A stretch of 64,000 nucleotides of DNA, from contig OZ224045.1 of NCBI GenBank assembly GCA_963665325.3, forward strand, positions 320,001 through 384,000. Reading direction: 5' to 3'. Under the pieces are notes generated by a model, which searched no databases, was not told where the DNA came from, and saw only the letters and a program-made list of their open reading frames with translations. Source of the stretch: Alphaproteobacteria bacterium (GTDB taxonomy: Bacteria > Pseudomonadota > Alphaproteobacteria > Bin95). Positions 17,960-28,565 of the stretch are shown here, in pieces (within the stretch, counting starts at the first letter, position 1; the number at the start of each line of letters is the position of its first letter). A program made the translations under genes and the position numbers.

Positions 17960-18930
17960 CTAGCTGTAGCGAATACGCGGTCGAGCACCGCGTAGAGGAT
18001 ATCGACCACAAGGTTGACGAGGACGAAGATCGTGACCACCAGCATGACCAGCGACTGGGTCATCACATAGTCCTGGTTGGTCACGGATTCGACGAACAGC
18101 TTGCCGATGCCGTTCAGGTTGAAGACCTGCTCCGTCACCACAAGGCCGCCCATCAGGAAGGCGAACTCGATGCCGATGATCGTCACCACGGGCAGCAGCG
18201 AATTGCGCAGCGCGTGGCGGTTGATGATCATCTTTTCCAGCAAGCCCTTGGCGCGGGCGGTGCGCACATAGTCCTCGCGCAACACTTCCAGCAGGGCCGA
18301 GCGCGTCATACGGGTCGCCACGGCGGAATAACGGTAGCCGGTCGCGACTGCCGGCCAGATCAGCATCGAAAGATTATAGGCGGGGTCTTCCCAGAGCGGC
18401 CGGTAGTCGATGGGCGGCATCCAGGGCGTGCCTAACCAGGCCTGGGTGGTAATCAACAGGCCCAGAATGATGATGATGCCGAGCCAGAAAGACGGGATGG
18501 CGATGCCGGCAATGCTGATTGTGCGCACCACATAGTCGATCCAGGTGTTCTGCTTGATCGCAGAGATGGTACCCAGCGGAATGGCGACAATGATGGAGAC
18601 CAGCGTCGCCATGATCGCGATCTGGAGCGAGAGTTCGAATCGCAGCGCAATTTCAAAGGAGACGGGCCGGCCGGTCCACATGGATTCGCCGAAGTTGAAG
18701 GTGAAGAAACTCGTCAGAAAATCGACTAGCTGGACATGCATCGGGTCCATCAGGCCGAGCTGGATCTTGCATTGTTCCAGCGCCACCGGATCGATCCATT
18801 CGCCGCCGCCACCGAGCCGCAGCTGGCAAACGTCGCCGGGCACAGCGCGCAGTAGCAGAAAAACCAGGACCGCCGCCCCGAGCAGGGTCGGGATCAGCAG
18901 CAGTACCCGCTTGATGACATATTTGTACAT
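17960..18930 (-). CDS. Peptide/nickel ABC permease (DppB/OppB-like) with an apparent 1-nt deletion near the 3' end
   Basis: EDYVRTARAKGL and HALRN motifs. As written it reads through into dppC (630 aa); adding one C restores LDPRIRYS-stop. Confidence 0.88.
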
Positions 18931-18954
18931 GAATGAACGCCTCTAAGAGAGAAG

Positions 18955-18982
18955 GCGCCGCTCCGGATACCCGGAGCGGCGC
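18955..18982 (-). promoter_or_regulatory. Intercistronic stem-loop after the substrate-binding protein gene
   Basis: Perfect 12-bp stem GCGCCGCTCCGG-ATAC-CCGGAGCGGCGC with no long U tract; typical of differential mRNA stabilisation in ABC operons. Confidence 0.7.
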
Positions 18983-18996
18983 GAGAGGTCGGGCGG

Positions 18997-20694
18997 TCAG
19001 CCGCCCAGTTCGTCCATGGTGCGCTGCTTGCGCTCCTCGTCCGGAACGTCCAGCCAGACCTGGTCCAGAGACTGGTTCAGGTAGTGCGACGGCGCGATCT
19101 TCCAGCCCTTCACGAAGGAACGGTGCGGGTTGATCTTGTGCCACCACAGCACCTGCCCGAAATGCGCCTCGTCGTGCAGGACACGCTTCTCGAACTTCCG
19201 GTAGATTTCCTTCTGCTTCTCGGGATCGCCTTCCCGGTTCATCTCGTCATACCAGTCATCGAGAACCTTGTCTGTGTAGTAGCCGCGGTTGTCCGCCGCC
19301 CGCTCTATCGAGAGCCAGGCGCCGGCATCCACGATCGGGTTCACAATGCTCTGGCAGGACGGCCAGATAGCGACATCGAAAGCGTCCGGATCGCGCAGGC
19401 CCGCATACCAGGGGCCGGTCGGCACCACGACCTGTTCGACATCGAGTCCGACCTGTTTCCACTGGTCCAGCATCCAAGTGCCAACGACCTTGTAGGGTTG
19501 ATCGACGGCGCGGTTCCAGATCTTGAAATGTGCGCCCTCGGCGCCCGCCGCCTTGAGGAGCTCGCGGGCTTTCTCGCGGCTCTTCTTGATGTCCGGCCAG
19601 TAACCGTAATAGGTCTTCAACGTCGCCTCGTCCGTCGCCACCGGATGGCCGGGCAGCGCGAGGCCGCCGACGGTCTTCACGATCGCGATCTTGGAGAGGT
19701 AGTTCGAAGCGCCCCAACGGTCGAGGGCCAGGGTCATGGCTTGCCGGACACGCTTGTCCTGGAACAGCGGCTTGGTCTGGTTTCCGGCATAGCCGAAGGT
19801 GCAGTTCCACGCGCTTTCCTGAACCGTGATGTCTTCGCCGAGCGCCTTCACGAGATCGTCGCGGGACTTCGGCGGGAAGCCGCGGAACTCGATATCGGCG
19901 CGCCCGCCGCGAATCGACTGGATGCGGATCGACATCTTCGGCGCCGAGATTGCCTTGTAGCCATCGAGATAGGGCTTGCCCTCATGATGGTAGTTGTCGT
20001 AGCGCTTGCCTAGCACATGCGAGCCCGGCTGGTGCTCGACGAACGAGAACGCCCCGGTGCCGTTGATGTTGCTCTGGTGCCACTTCATCCCGTACTGCGG
20101 ATCCTTGCCATCGGGGTCGGCCTGTTCCAGATCCTTCTTCGCGTAAACGAAGTTGAACGGCGTCGCGACCATCGGAATGAAGCCGGGCGAAGCATATTTC
20201 AGGTCGAACTGGACCGTGAAGTCGTCCGGCGCCGAGATGGTCTCGACCATCGAGAAGCGGCTGACGCGGTTGCTGAGAATGCCTTCCGGCGGGAAGATGA
20301 TCTTGTTGTAGGTCGCGACGATGTCATGCGCGGTCAACGGCGTGCCGTCATGGAACTTCACACCCTGCCGGATCTTGAAGGTGTAGGTCTTGCCTTCATT
20401 GGTCGGCGCGGGCAGGTCGCCTTCGCAAAGGTCGCAGATGAAGTCCGCGGACTGCGGATCGTCCGGGTTGACGCGGATCAGCAGGCTGTAGAACGGCCGG
20501 ATCGGATGGATCATGCCGAAGGTCGACTCCCGATGCCCGTCATAGGACGGAATCTTTGAGCCGACGACAATGCGCAACACGCCGCCTCTCTTTGGCTCCT
20601 CCGCTGACGCCGCCACGACGCCGCCAGCCGCAACGGCCGCGCCGAGACCGGCCGCCAGGGCCAATCTGGTGAAACTCGTTTTCATGGCAGACAC
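18997..20694 (-). CDS. ABC substrate-binding protein, family 5
   Basis: Signal peptide followed by PKRGGVL, FKIRQGVKFHDGTPLTAHD, GTGAF and DKRVRQA motifs. Confidence 0.94.
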   Translation of the reverse strand: MSAMKTSFTRLALAAGLGAAVAAGGVVAASAEEPKRGGVLRIVVGSKIPSYDGHRESTFGMIHPIRPFYSLLIRVNPDDPQSADFICDLCEGDLPAPTNEGKTYTFKIRQGVKFHDGTPLTAHDIVATYNKIIFPPEGILSNRVSRFSMVETISAPDDFTVQFDLKYASPGFIPMVATPFNFVYAKKDLEQADPDGKDPQYGMKWHQSNINGTGAFSFVEHQPGSHVLGKRYDNYHHEGKPYLDGYKAISAPKMSIRIQSIRGGRADIEFRGFPPKSRDDLVKALGEDITVQESAWNCTFGYAGNQTKPLFQDKRVRQAMTLALDRWGASNYLSKIAIVKTVGGLALPGHPVATDEATLKTYYGYWPDIKKSREKARELLKAAGAEGAHFKIWNRAVDQPYKVVGTWMLDQWKQVGLDVEQVVVPTGPWYAGLRDPDAFDVAIWPSCQSIVNPIVDAGAWLSIERAADNRGYYTDKVLDDWYDEMNREGDPEKQKEIYRKFEKRVLHDEAHFGQVLWWHKINPHRSFVKGWKIAPSHYLNQSLDQVWLDVPDEERKQRTMDELGG

Positions 20695-20817
20695 GCTACC
20701 TCCCTGTTTATCGGGCTCCGTTGCGAAGCCCGGCTGCGTGGCAGGCGCCGTAACGCCCCCTATTCCGCCCTTACGCCCTGGCTTGCGCCCTGGCGCATCC
20801 CGGACGGCGTCCCGTTG

Positions 20818-21837
20818 CTACACCTCCGTGCAGGCAACCCAGTGGCCCGGCGTCACCTCGCGGAAAGCCGGGAACGCGTTCGGACAGCCTTCCACCGCGA
20901 TATCGCAGCGCGGATGGAAGACGCAGCCCGAAGGCGGATTGATCGGGCTGGGAATCTCGCCCTTGATGACCTGGTGCGCGCGGGCCTGCTCGACCACCGG
21001 ATCGGGGATCGGAACCGCCTCCAGCAACGCCCTCGTATAGGGATGCATCGGGTTGTCGAACAACTCGTCCGTCTCGGCGAGCTCCACCATCTTGCCCAGA
21101 TACATCACCGCCACCCGGTGGCAGATATGGCGCACCACCGAAAGGTCGTGGCTGATGAACAGGTAGGTGAGGTCGAACTGTTCCCGCAGGTCTTCCAGCA
21201 GGTTGATGACCTGCGCCTGGATCGACACGTCGAGCGCCGACACTGCCTCGTCGCAGACGATGAAGTCCGGCTCCAGCCCGAGCGCCCGCGCGATGCCGAC
21301 GCGCTGGCGCTGCCCGCCCGACATCTCGTGCGGGTAGCGGTCCGCAAAGGCCGGGTTTAGGCCGCAGACCGCCAGCAATTCGCGCACCCGGTCGGTGCGC
21401 TTAGCCTTGTCCGGAATCAGGCCGTGAACGCGGATCGGCTCGCCAATGATTTCGCCGATCTTGAGGCGCGGATTGAGCGAGCTGTACGGGTCCTGGAAGA
21501 TCACCTGGATGCGCCGGCGCATGGCGCGGAGCGCCTCGCCCCGAAGGTCGCTCAATTCGCGCCCTTCGAAGGTGATGGAGCCCGCCGTCGGCCGCTCCAG
21601 CTGCAGAATGCAGCGCCCGGTCGTCGTCTTGCCGCAGCCGGACTCGCCGACGAGGCCCAGCGTCTCTCCCCGGCGGATCTCGAAATCGATGCCGTCCACC
21701 GCTTTCACATGCGCAACGACGCGGCGCATGACGATGCCTTCCGTTACCGGGAAGTGCATCCTGAGGCCGTTGACGGAGATCAGGACGTCCTCTGAGACCG
21801 TGCCCCTGTGGCTCGCCTGCGTCGCAATATCGTTCAT
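20818..21837 (-). CDS. Peptide ABC ATPase (DppF-like)
   Basis: [20 protein letters not shown] and C-terminal FHPRC motifs. Confidence 0.96.
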   Translation of the reverse strand: MNDIATQASHRGTVSEDVLISVNGLRMHFPVTEGIVMRRVVAHVKAVDGIDFEIRRGETLGLVGESGCGKTTTGRCILQLERPTAGSITFEGRELSDLRGEALRAMRRRIQVIFQDPYSSLNPRLKIGEIIGEPIRVHGLIPDKAKRTDRVRELLAVCGLNPAFADRYPHEMSGGQRQRVGIARALGLEPDFIVCDEAVSALDVSIQAQVINLLEDLREQFDLTYLFISHDLSVVRHICHRVAVMYLGKMVELAETDELFDNPMHPYTRALLEAVPIPDPVVEQARAHQVIKGEIPSPINPPSGCVFHPRCDIAVEGCPNAFPAFREVTPGHWVACTEV

Positions 21838-22829
21838 GCGACCTGCTCCAGCCCGGCGGCGATCTCCTGCGAGCGGAAACAGGCCGCCCGGTGTCCTTCT
21901 CCCACGCTCTCAAGCGCCGGAAATGCCTGGGCGCATTGCTCCTGCGCATAACGGCAGCGCGGCCGGAAGGAGCAACCTCCGTCGAGGCGTGTCAGGTCCG
22001 GCGGTTGACCCTCAACCGGGTCCAGCTTGGCGCTTCGCTGCTGGTCGACGCGCGGCACGGAGTTGAGCAGGGCAAGCGTGTAGGGATGGCGCGGCCGGTG
22101 ATAGACATCCTCGGCGGTGCCCTCCTCGATGATCTTGCCCGCATACATCACATTCACCCGGTCGGCATAGCGGGCCACGACACCGAGATTGTGGGTGATG
22201 ACGATCATCGCGACGCCGAGTTCTCGGGTCAGGTTTTTCATCAACTCAAGGATTTGCGCCTGGATCGTGACATCGAGCGCCGTCGTCGGCTCGTCTGCGA
22301 TAATCAGCTTGGGCTCGCAGGCGAGCGCCATCGCGATCATCACGCGCTGGCGCATCCCGCCGGAAAGATGATGCGGATACTGGTTCAGCCGGCGGGGCGG
22401 ATCGGAAATGCCGACCATCTCCATAAGTTCCAGCGAGCGCGACGCCGCCCTCTCCTCGTTGTAACCGAGATGGTGGACGACGGTCTCCGTCAGCTGCGTG
22501 CCGATGGTCAGCACCGGATTGAGCGACGTCATCGGCTCCTGGAAGATCATGCCGATATGGCGCCCGCGCACCTTGCGAATCTCGCGGTCGCTGAGCTCCA
22601 GCAGATTGCGTCCCATGAAGCCTATGCGCCCGCCGACGATCTTGCCGGGCGGGTCCGCCACAAGGCGCAGTATGGACAGCGCCGAGACCGACTTGCCGCA
22701 GCCGGACTCGCCGACCACCGCGACCGTCTCGCCTTCTTCCACCGTGTAGGAAATGCCGTCCACGGCGAGAACCGTCCCCGCCGATGTGAAGAACTGCGTC
22801 TTCAACTCGTCAATTTCGAGTAGAGCCAC
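21834..22829 (-). CDS. Peptide ABC ATPase (DppD-like)
   Basis: [16 protein letters not shown] and ADEPTTALD motifs. Confidence 0.96.
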   Translation of the reverse strand: MALLEIDELKTQFFTSAGTVLAVDGISYTVEEGETVAVVGESGCGKSVSALSILRLVADPPGKIVGGRIGFMGRNLLELSDREIRKVRGRHIGMIFQEPMTSLNPVLTIGTQLTETVVHHLGYNEERAASRSLELMEMVGISDPPRRLNQYPHHLSGGMRQRVMIAMALACEPKLIIADEPTTALDVTIQAQILELMKNLTRELGVAMIVITHNLGVVARYADRVNVMYAGKIIEEGTAEDVYHRPRHPYTLALLNSVPRVDQQRSAKLDPVEGQPPDLTRLDGGCSFRPRCRYAQEQCAQAFPALESVGEGHRAACFRSQEIAAGLEQVA

Positions 22830-22936
22830 ACAACCTCCCGATGTGTCCCGGAGCGACCCCTCACCCTAGAACGGCGGACGGTATGCATTGGATTCAACCT
22901 TGTCAATCGGGCCTCTTGCAGCCCATGTTGGCACCG

Positions 22937-23113
22937 ATGCGGATATGTCTTTGCAACGATCTTTCGGCGCAAGCCGTGGAGGGCGCGCTCAGCGAGGGCG
23001 CGCGCCGCGTGGGGGAGATATTCCGCCGCAACGCCTGCGCGCCCGTCTGCGGGCGCTGCGTCGACGCGATCCGCACCATGCTCGACCGCGCAAGGGAGGA
23101 AGAAGAGGGATGA
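22937..23113 (+). CDS. Bfd-like [2Fe-2S] ferredoxin
   Basis: 58 aa MRICLCN...CGRC with CxC...CxxC spacing. Confidence 0.8.
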   Translation: MRICLCNDLSAQAVEGALSEGARRVGEIFRRNACAPVCGRCVDAIRTMLDRAREEEEG

Positions 23114-23628
23114 GCGCTGAAGCCCGGGAGGTGGGGCCCAACCGGTTCCGAGAGAGCTACGGCCGCTATTTCGAGGATTTCGCCGTCGGCCATATCTACG
23201 AGCACCGGCCGGGCCGCACCATCACCGAAAGCGACAACACCTGGTTCACCCTGCTGACGATGAACCAGCACCCGATCCATTTCGACAAGGAATATGCGCG
23301 CCACAGCGAGTTCGGGCGCCCGCTCGTCAACTCGACCTTCACGCTCTCGCTGGTGGCCGGGATGTCGGTGTCCGACACGAGCCAGAAGGCCGTCGCCAAT
23401 CTCGGCTGGACCGATATCGCGCTCCCCGCCCCGGTATTTGTGGGCGATACGATCTACGCGGAATCGGAGGTGCTGGAGAAGCGCGAGAGCCGGTCGCGCC
23501 CGACCCAGGGGATCGTGCGTATCGCGACGCGGGGCCTCAAGGCCGACGGCACAGTGTTCATGAGCTTCGAGCGCAACATGCTGGTCCCGAAACGCGGCCA
23601 CGCTGTCGATGACAAGGCGGGATACTGA
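23110..23628 (+). CDS. MaoC family dehydratase
   Basis: GRYFEDF, RTITESDN, NQHPIHFD and PVFVGDT motifs; SD GAGGG. Confidence 0.93.
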   Translation: MSAEAREVGPNRFRESYGRYFEDFAVGHIYEHRPGRTITESDNTWFTLLTMNQHPIHFDKEYARHSEFGRPLVNSTFTLSLVAGMSVSDTSQKAVANLGWTDIALPAPVFVGDTIYAESEVLEKRESRSRPTQGIVRIATRGLKADGTVFMSFERNMLVPKRGHAVDDKAGY

Positions 23629-23632
23629 CGCC

Positions 23633-24796
23633 ATGAACGCTCCTTCCCTCGATGCTCTCGAACTCGAAGCCGCCCTGCTCGACACGGTGGACAAGTTCCT
23701 CGACCGCGATGTGCGCCCGCACGTGCTGGCGCTGGAACACAGCGACACCTGGCCCGCCGATATCGTCGAGCGGATGAAGGAGCTCGGTCTCTTCGGCGCC
23801 GTCATCCCCGAGGAATACGGGGGCCTCGGCCTGGGCGCCTCGACCTATGCACGCATCGTCGAGCGGGTCTCGGCCGTGTGGATGTCGCTCTCCGGCATCT
23901 TCAACTCGCATCTCATCATGTCGGCGGCCGTGCTGCGTTTCGGCACGGAGGACCAGAAGCGGACCTGGCTGCCCCGCTTCGCATCCGGCGAAATGCGCGG
24001 CGGCCTCGCGCTCACCGAACCAAACTGCGGCACCGACCTGCAGGCGATCCGCACGACTGCACGGCGCGACGGCGACGACTATGTTGTGAACGGCACGAAG
24101 ACCTGGATTTCCAACGGCATCCACGGCTCCTGCTTCGCGCTGCTCGTCAAGACCGATCCAGGAGCGAAACCGCGGCACCGGGGCATGAGCCTCTTCCTGG
24201 CTGAGAAAGGTCCCGGTTTCGGCGTCAGCCGGAAGCTGGAAAAGCTCGGCTACAAGGGCATCGATTCTGCCGAACTGATCTTCGACGACTACAGGATACC
24301 GGCCGACCGCCTAATCGGCCTGGAGGAGGGCAAAGGGCTGCGCCACGCCCTCGGCGGGCTGGAGCTCGGCCGGATCAATGTCGCCGCCCGGGGCGTCGGC
24401 GTTGCGCGCGCCGCGATGGAAGATGCGCTCCGCTACGCCCAGCAACGCGAGACCTTCGGCCAGCCGATCGCGCAGCACCAGGCGATCCAGATCAAGCTCG
24501 CCGACATGGCCACCCGCGTCGAGGCGGCCCGACTTCTGGTCGAGCAGGCCGCCCGCGCCTATGACGCCGGCGAACGCTGCGACATGGAGGCCGGCATGGC
24601 CAAGCTCTTCGCCTCGGAAGCCGCGGTTGAGAACAGCATGGAGGCGATGCGCGTCCACGGCGCTTACGGCTACTCCAAGGAGATGCATGTCGAGCGCTAC
24701 TACCGGGACGCGCCCCTGCTCGCCATCGGCGAGGGTACCAACGAGCTTCAGCGCATCATCATCGCGCGCCAGCTTGTCGAGCGGAATCCCGCCTGA
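23633..24796 (+). CDS. Acyl-CoA dehydrogenase
   Basis: LTEPNCGTD, NGTKTWISNG, HGAYGY and IGEGTNE motifs. Confidence 0.96.
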   Translation: MNAPSLDALELEAALLDTVDKFLDRDVRPHVLALEHSDTWPADIVERMKELGLFGAVIPEEYGGLGLGASTYARIVERVSAVWMSLSGIFNSHLIMSAAVLRFGTEDQKRTWLPRFASGEMRGGLALTEPNCGTDLQAIRTTARRDGDDYVVNGTKTWISNGIHGSCFALLVKTDPGAKPRHRGMSLFLAEKGPGFGVSRKLEKLGYKGIDSAELIFDDYRIPADRLIGLEEGKGLRHALGGLELGRINVAARGVGVARAAMEDALRYAQQRETFGQPIAQHQAIQIKLADMATRVEAARLLVEQAARAYDAGERCDMEAGMAKLFASEAAVENSMEAMRVHGAYGYSKEMHVERYYRDAPLLAIGEGTNELQRIIIARQLVERNPA

Positions 24797-24806
24797 GGCG
24801 GCAAGC

Positions 24807-25601
24807 ATGGCCATGACGGAGCTTGTAAGGCTCGACTGGGACGACCGGGGCGCGGCGGGGCGCATCGCGCGGGTCACATTCGACAACCCCGAAAAGCGTA
24901 ATGCGCTCGGCCTTGCGGGCAAGCGGCGCTTCGTCGAGGTGCTGACTGGGCTCCGCCACGAAGAGGGGCTGCGTGCGCTGGTTATCACCGGGGCCGGGGA
25001 CAAGTCCTTCGTTGGCGGCACTGATATCGCCGAGATGGCCGCCTTCACGCCGGCGGAGGCGGAGGCGTCCGCCACGCTGACGCACCGGGTCTGCGACGCC
25101 GTGCGCAGCTTCCCCATGCCGGCGATCGCACGCATCAACGGCTATTGCTTCGGCTCAGGCATGGAGCTTGCCGCCTGCGCCGACATGCGCGCCGGGGCCG
25201 ACCATGCGCTGTTCGGCATGCCGGAAACGCGGCTCGGCATCCCGTCCGGGATGGAGGCGTCGGTGCTGCCCCGCCTGATCGGCTGGGGCAAGGCTTGCGA
25301 ACTGGTGCTCACCGGAGACCGGATCGACGCGGCGGAGGCGCACCGCATCGGCTTCCTCGAACGCATCGCTCCTCTCGCCAGGCTCGACGACGCGGTCGAG
25401 AGCTGGATCGACTCCCTGCTCGCCTGCGGCCCGAAGGCGCTCGCCATCCAGAAGCGCCTGATCGTCGACTGGGACCGAATGTCACCGACCGATGGCGCCC
25501 GCGCGGGCATCCAAGCCTATGTGGATGCCTATCGCACGGACGAGCCGGCCCGCATGATGACCGCATTCCTCGACCGCCGGCGTACCCCCGCGCCGGATTG
25601 A
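24807..25601 (+). CDS. Enoyl-CoA hydratase/isomerase
   Basis: KRNAL, FVGGTDI, GSGMEL and FGMPE motifs; both catalytic Glu present. Confidence 0.93.
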   Translation: MAMTELVRLDWDDRGAAGRIARVTFDNPEKRNALGLAGKRRFVEVLTGLRHEEGLRALVITGAGDKSFVGGTDIAEMAAFTPAEAEASATLTHRVCDAVRSFPMPAIARINGYCFGSGMELAACADMRAGADHALFGMPETRLGIPSGMEASVLPRLIGWGKACELVLTGDRIDAAEAHRIGFLERIAPLARLDDAVESWIDSLLACGPKALAIQKRLIVDWDRMSPTDGARAGIQAYVDAYRTDEPARMMTAFLDRRRTPAPD

Positions 25602-25618
25602 CGCGACGCTGGCTTCTT

Positions 25619-26626
25619 CTATATCCGCGCTTCCTCGACCGCATGGCAGGCGGCCTCCGCCGCCCCGTATCGTTTCAGCGTCGGCGTCTCGGCCCGGCAG
25701 CGCGCATTCGCGAACGGGCAGCGCGGGTGGAAATGGCAGCCGGGAGGCGGGTCGAGCGGGTTGGGCACTTCACCGCTCATCGGCTCGCGCGCATGGCCGG
25801 ACATGGCGAGGTCCGGAATCGCGTCCAGCAACATCTGCGTATAAGGGTGGCGTGGGGAAGAAAAGAGCGTCTCCGATTCCGCGATCTCGACGATTCGCCC
25901 GAGGTACATCACGCCCACCCGGTCGGAAATATGGCGCACGGCCGCCAGGTTGTGGCTGATGAACAGGTAGGTAAGCCCAAGCTCTTCCTGCAGGTCGCGC
26001 ATCAGGTTCAGGATTTGAGCCTGCACCGACACGTCGAGCGCCGAGGTCGGCTCGTCGCAGACCAGGAATTCCGGATTGCTGGAAAGGGCGCGGGCAATCG
26101 AAATGCGCTGGCGTTGCCCGCCGGAAAACTCATGCGGGTATTTCTCGCCGTCCGCGGGCGAAAGGCCCACTTGCGACAGCAGGTCGCCGACGCGCTCGTC
26201 CTGTTCCGCCCGCCCCTTTGTCAGCTCGAAGGCGCGCAGCGGCTCCGCCACGATGTCGCGCACCCGCCAGCGGGGATTGAGGCTGGCATAGGGGTCCTGG
26301 AAGATCATCTGCATCCGGCGGCGGCTGCGGGTGCGCTCGGCCGCCGGGAGGCCGGTGAGGTCCAGCCCGTCGAACAGCACCCGCCCGGAAGTCGGGCGGT
26401 AGAGGCCTACAACCAGCCGGGCGACGGTGGATTTGCCGCAGCCGGACTCGCCGACCAGCGCAAGCGTTTCTCCCTTCGCCAGGGAAAAGGACACGCCGTC
26501 CACGGCTTTCAGAAAGACGCGCGGGCTGCCCTCGATCGTGCGCGAAAGCCAGGGCTTCGAGACATCGAAATGCCGCGCAACCGCCTCCGCGGCGACGAAA
26601 TCAGCGGAGCTTGGGGTTGAGGGCAT
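25619..26626 (-). CDS. Peptide ABC ATPase (DppF-like), start uncertain
   Basis: GESGCGKS and FSGGQRQR motifs; the nearest in-frame ATG lies inside the upstream permease gene and has no SD. Confidence 0.88.
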   Translation of the reverse strand: MPSTPSSADFVAAEAVARHFDVSKPWLSRTIEGSPRVFLKAVDGVSFSLAKGETLALVGESGCGKSTVARLVVGLYRPTSGRVLFDGLDLTGLPAAERTRSRRRMQMIFQDPYASLNPRWRVRDIVAEPLRAFELTKGRAEQDERVGDLLSQVGLSPADGEKYPHEFSGGQRQRISIARALSSNPEFLVCDEPTSALDVSVQAQILNLMRDLQEELGLTYLFISHNLAAVRHISDRVGVMYLGRIVEIAESETLFSSPRHPYTQMLLDAIPDLAMSGHAREPMSGEVPNPLDPPPGCHFHPRCPFANARCRAETPTLKRYGAAEAACHAVEEARI

Positions 26627-27503
26627 CGCGCAGCCAGTCGCCGAGCAGGTTTACGGAAAGCACCAGCACGGCAAGCGTGACGCCAGGGAAGATCGTCACC
26701 CACCACTCGCCGGAAAACAGGAAGTCGTTGCCGATACGGATAAGGGTTCCGAGGGACGGCTCCGTCGGCGGCACGCCGATGCCGAGAAACGAGAGCGTCG
26801 CCTCCGTAATGATGGCGACGGCGAGGTGAATCGTCGCAATCACCAATACCGGCCCCATCGCGTTCGGAAGAATATGGCGGAGCATAATGCTTGCCGAAGA
26901 AATGCCGATCAGCCGCGCCGCCTGGACATATTCCTTGTTCTTCTCGACAAGCGTCGAGCCTCGCACGGTGCGCGCATATTGGACCCACCCGGAAATGCCG
27001 ATGGAGAGCACCAGCACATAGATCGCGAGGTCGTCCTGGCGTTCGCTCGGCAGGATCCCGCGCAGCACCCCGTTCACCAGCAGCGCAATGAGGATGGCGG
27101 GAAAGCTGAGTTGAATGTCCGCCACGCGCATGATGAAGGCGTCGACGCGCCCGCCCGCATAGCCGGAGACAAGGCCCAGCCCGACGCCGACGAAAAGCGA
27201 GAGCAGCACGGAGGCAATACCGACCCCGATGGAAATCCGCGCCCCGTAAAGAATCGCCGAGAGCAGGTCCCTGCCCTGGTCGTCCGTGCCGATGGGGAAG
27301 CGCGCCTCCCCGTCCTCCAGCCAGAAGGGCGGAATATGCGCATCGAGCAGGTCGAGGCTTGCGAGATCGAACGGGTCGTACGGGGCGATGACGGGTGCGA
27401 GGAAGGCGGCCAGAACCGTGGCGCCGGCAATCGCGGCGGCCACGACCGTGATCCTAGACCGGGTGAAGGAATGCCAGAGGTCGCTGTCCCGCCATCCCCT
27501 CAC
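26601..27503 (-). CDS. Peptide ABC permease (DppC-like)
   Basis: GTDDQGRD, EYVQAARLIG and EATLSFLG motifs; GTG start overlaps the dppB stop. Confidence 0.92.
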   Translation of the reverse strand: MRGWRDSDLWHSFTRSRITVVAAAIAGATVLAAFLAPVIAPYDPFDLASLDLLDAHIPPFWLEDGEARFPIGTDDQGRDLLSAILYGARISIGVGIASVLLSLFVGVGLGLVSGYAGGRVDAFIMRVADIQLSFPAILIALLVNGVLRGILPSERQDDLAIYVLVLSIGISGWVQYARTVRGSTLVEKNKEYVQAARLIGISSASIMLRHILPNAMGPVLVIATIHLAVAIITEATLSFLGIGVPPTEPSLGTLIRIGNDFLFSGEWWVTIFPGVTLAVLVLSVNLLGDWLRDALNPKLR

Positions 27504-28480
27504 CAGGCAGCCCCCCGGTCGAGCCGCAAGCGCGGATCGACGACGTAGTAGAGCAGGTCCACGGCCAGGTTGATCGCGACGAAGAGGAACGCGATCAACA
27601 TCAGGTATGCGGCCATGATCGGGATATCGACGGTCTGGATCGATTGCAGGAACAGCAGTCCCATTCCAGGCCACTGGAAGACGGTCTCCGTGATGATGGC
27701 GAAGGCGATGATGCCGCCGAGTTGGAGCCCTGTGATGGTAATGACCGGCACGAGGGTGTTTTTCAAGGCGTGGCCGAAATGGACGGCCCGGTTGGACAGC
27801 CCGCGCGCCCGGGCGAATTTTATGTAGTCGGTGCGCAGAACCTCCAGCATTTCCGAGCGCACCAGGCGCATGATGAGCGTCATCTGGAAGAGGCCGAGCG
27901 TGATCGCGGGCATGACGAGGGCCTGCAATCCGCTGGCGGTCAGCAATCCGGTCGTCCAGCTGCCTAGATCGATGGTTTGCCCACGCCCGAAACTCGGCAT
28001 GACGCCGAGCGTCACAGAGAAGATGAAGATCAGCAGGATTCCGATCAGGAAGGTCGGCAGCGAAATCCCGGCCAGGGAAACCGCCATGAAGACCTTAGAC
28101 AGCCAACTGTCGCGGTAAAGACCGGTATAGACCCCCATCGGCACGCCTACCGCGAGCGCGAAGAGGGCGGAAACCATCGCCAGCTCGAAAGTTGCGGGAA
28201 AGCGCGCGCCGAGCAGTTCCGTCACCGGCTTCTTGTGCTGGTAGGAAATGCCGAAATCGAGCTGCGCCGCCTTGGCGATATAGCGCGCGAACTGAACGTG
28301 GAAGGGGTCGTTCAGACCGAGACGCTCCCGCAGCGCTTCACGCTGTTCGAGCGTCGTCTCGATACCGACCATCTGGTGCACCGGATCGCCGACGAACCGG
28401 AACATGGAGAACGCAATCAGCGCCACGAACAGGATCACGACGACGGATTGCATGAGGCGCCGGAGGGTGAAGGCGATCAT
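27500..28480 (-). CDS. Peptide ABC permease (DppB-like)
   Basis: DYIKFARARGL, HALKN and VDPRLR motifs. Confidence 0.94.
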   Translation of the reverse strand: MIAFTLRRLMQSVVVILFVALIAFSMFRFVGDPVHQMVGIETTLEQREALRERLGLNDPFHVQFARYIAKAAQLDFGISYQHKKPVTELLGARFPATFELAMVSALFALAVGVPMGVYTGLYRDSWLSKVFMAVSLAGISLPTFLIGILLIFIFSVTLGVMPSFGRGQTIDLGSWTTGLLTASGLQALVMPAITLGLFQMTLIMRLVRSEMLEVLRTDYIKFARARGLSNRAVHFGHALKNTLVPVITITGLQLGGIIAFAIITETVFQWPGMGLLFLQSIQTVDIPIMAAYLMLIAFLFVAINLAVDLLYYVVDPRLRLDRGAAW

Positions 28481-28565
28481 CGGTCGAGCCTGCTACGCGG
28501 CCCCCCGGGGCCGGTCAAGCATGTTATAGACTGCCCGCCCGCACAGGACGAGGAGAGGGACTCCC

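Noticed and set aside
20770-20793. Two 12-nt near-direct repeats (CTTACGCCCTGG and CTTGCGCCCTGG)
   Set aside because: Only two adjacent copies with no spacers; not a CRISPR or iteron array and plausible by chance.
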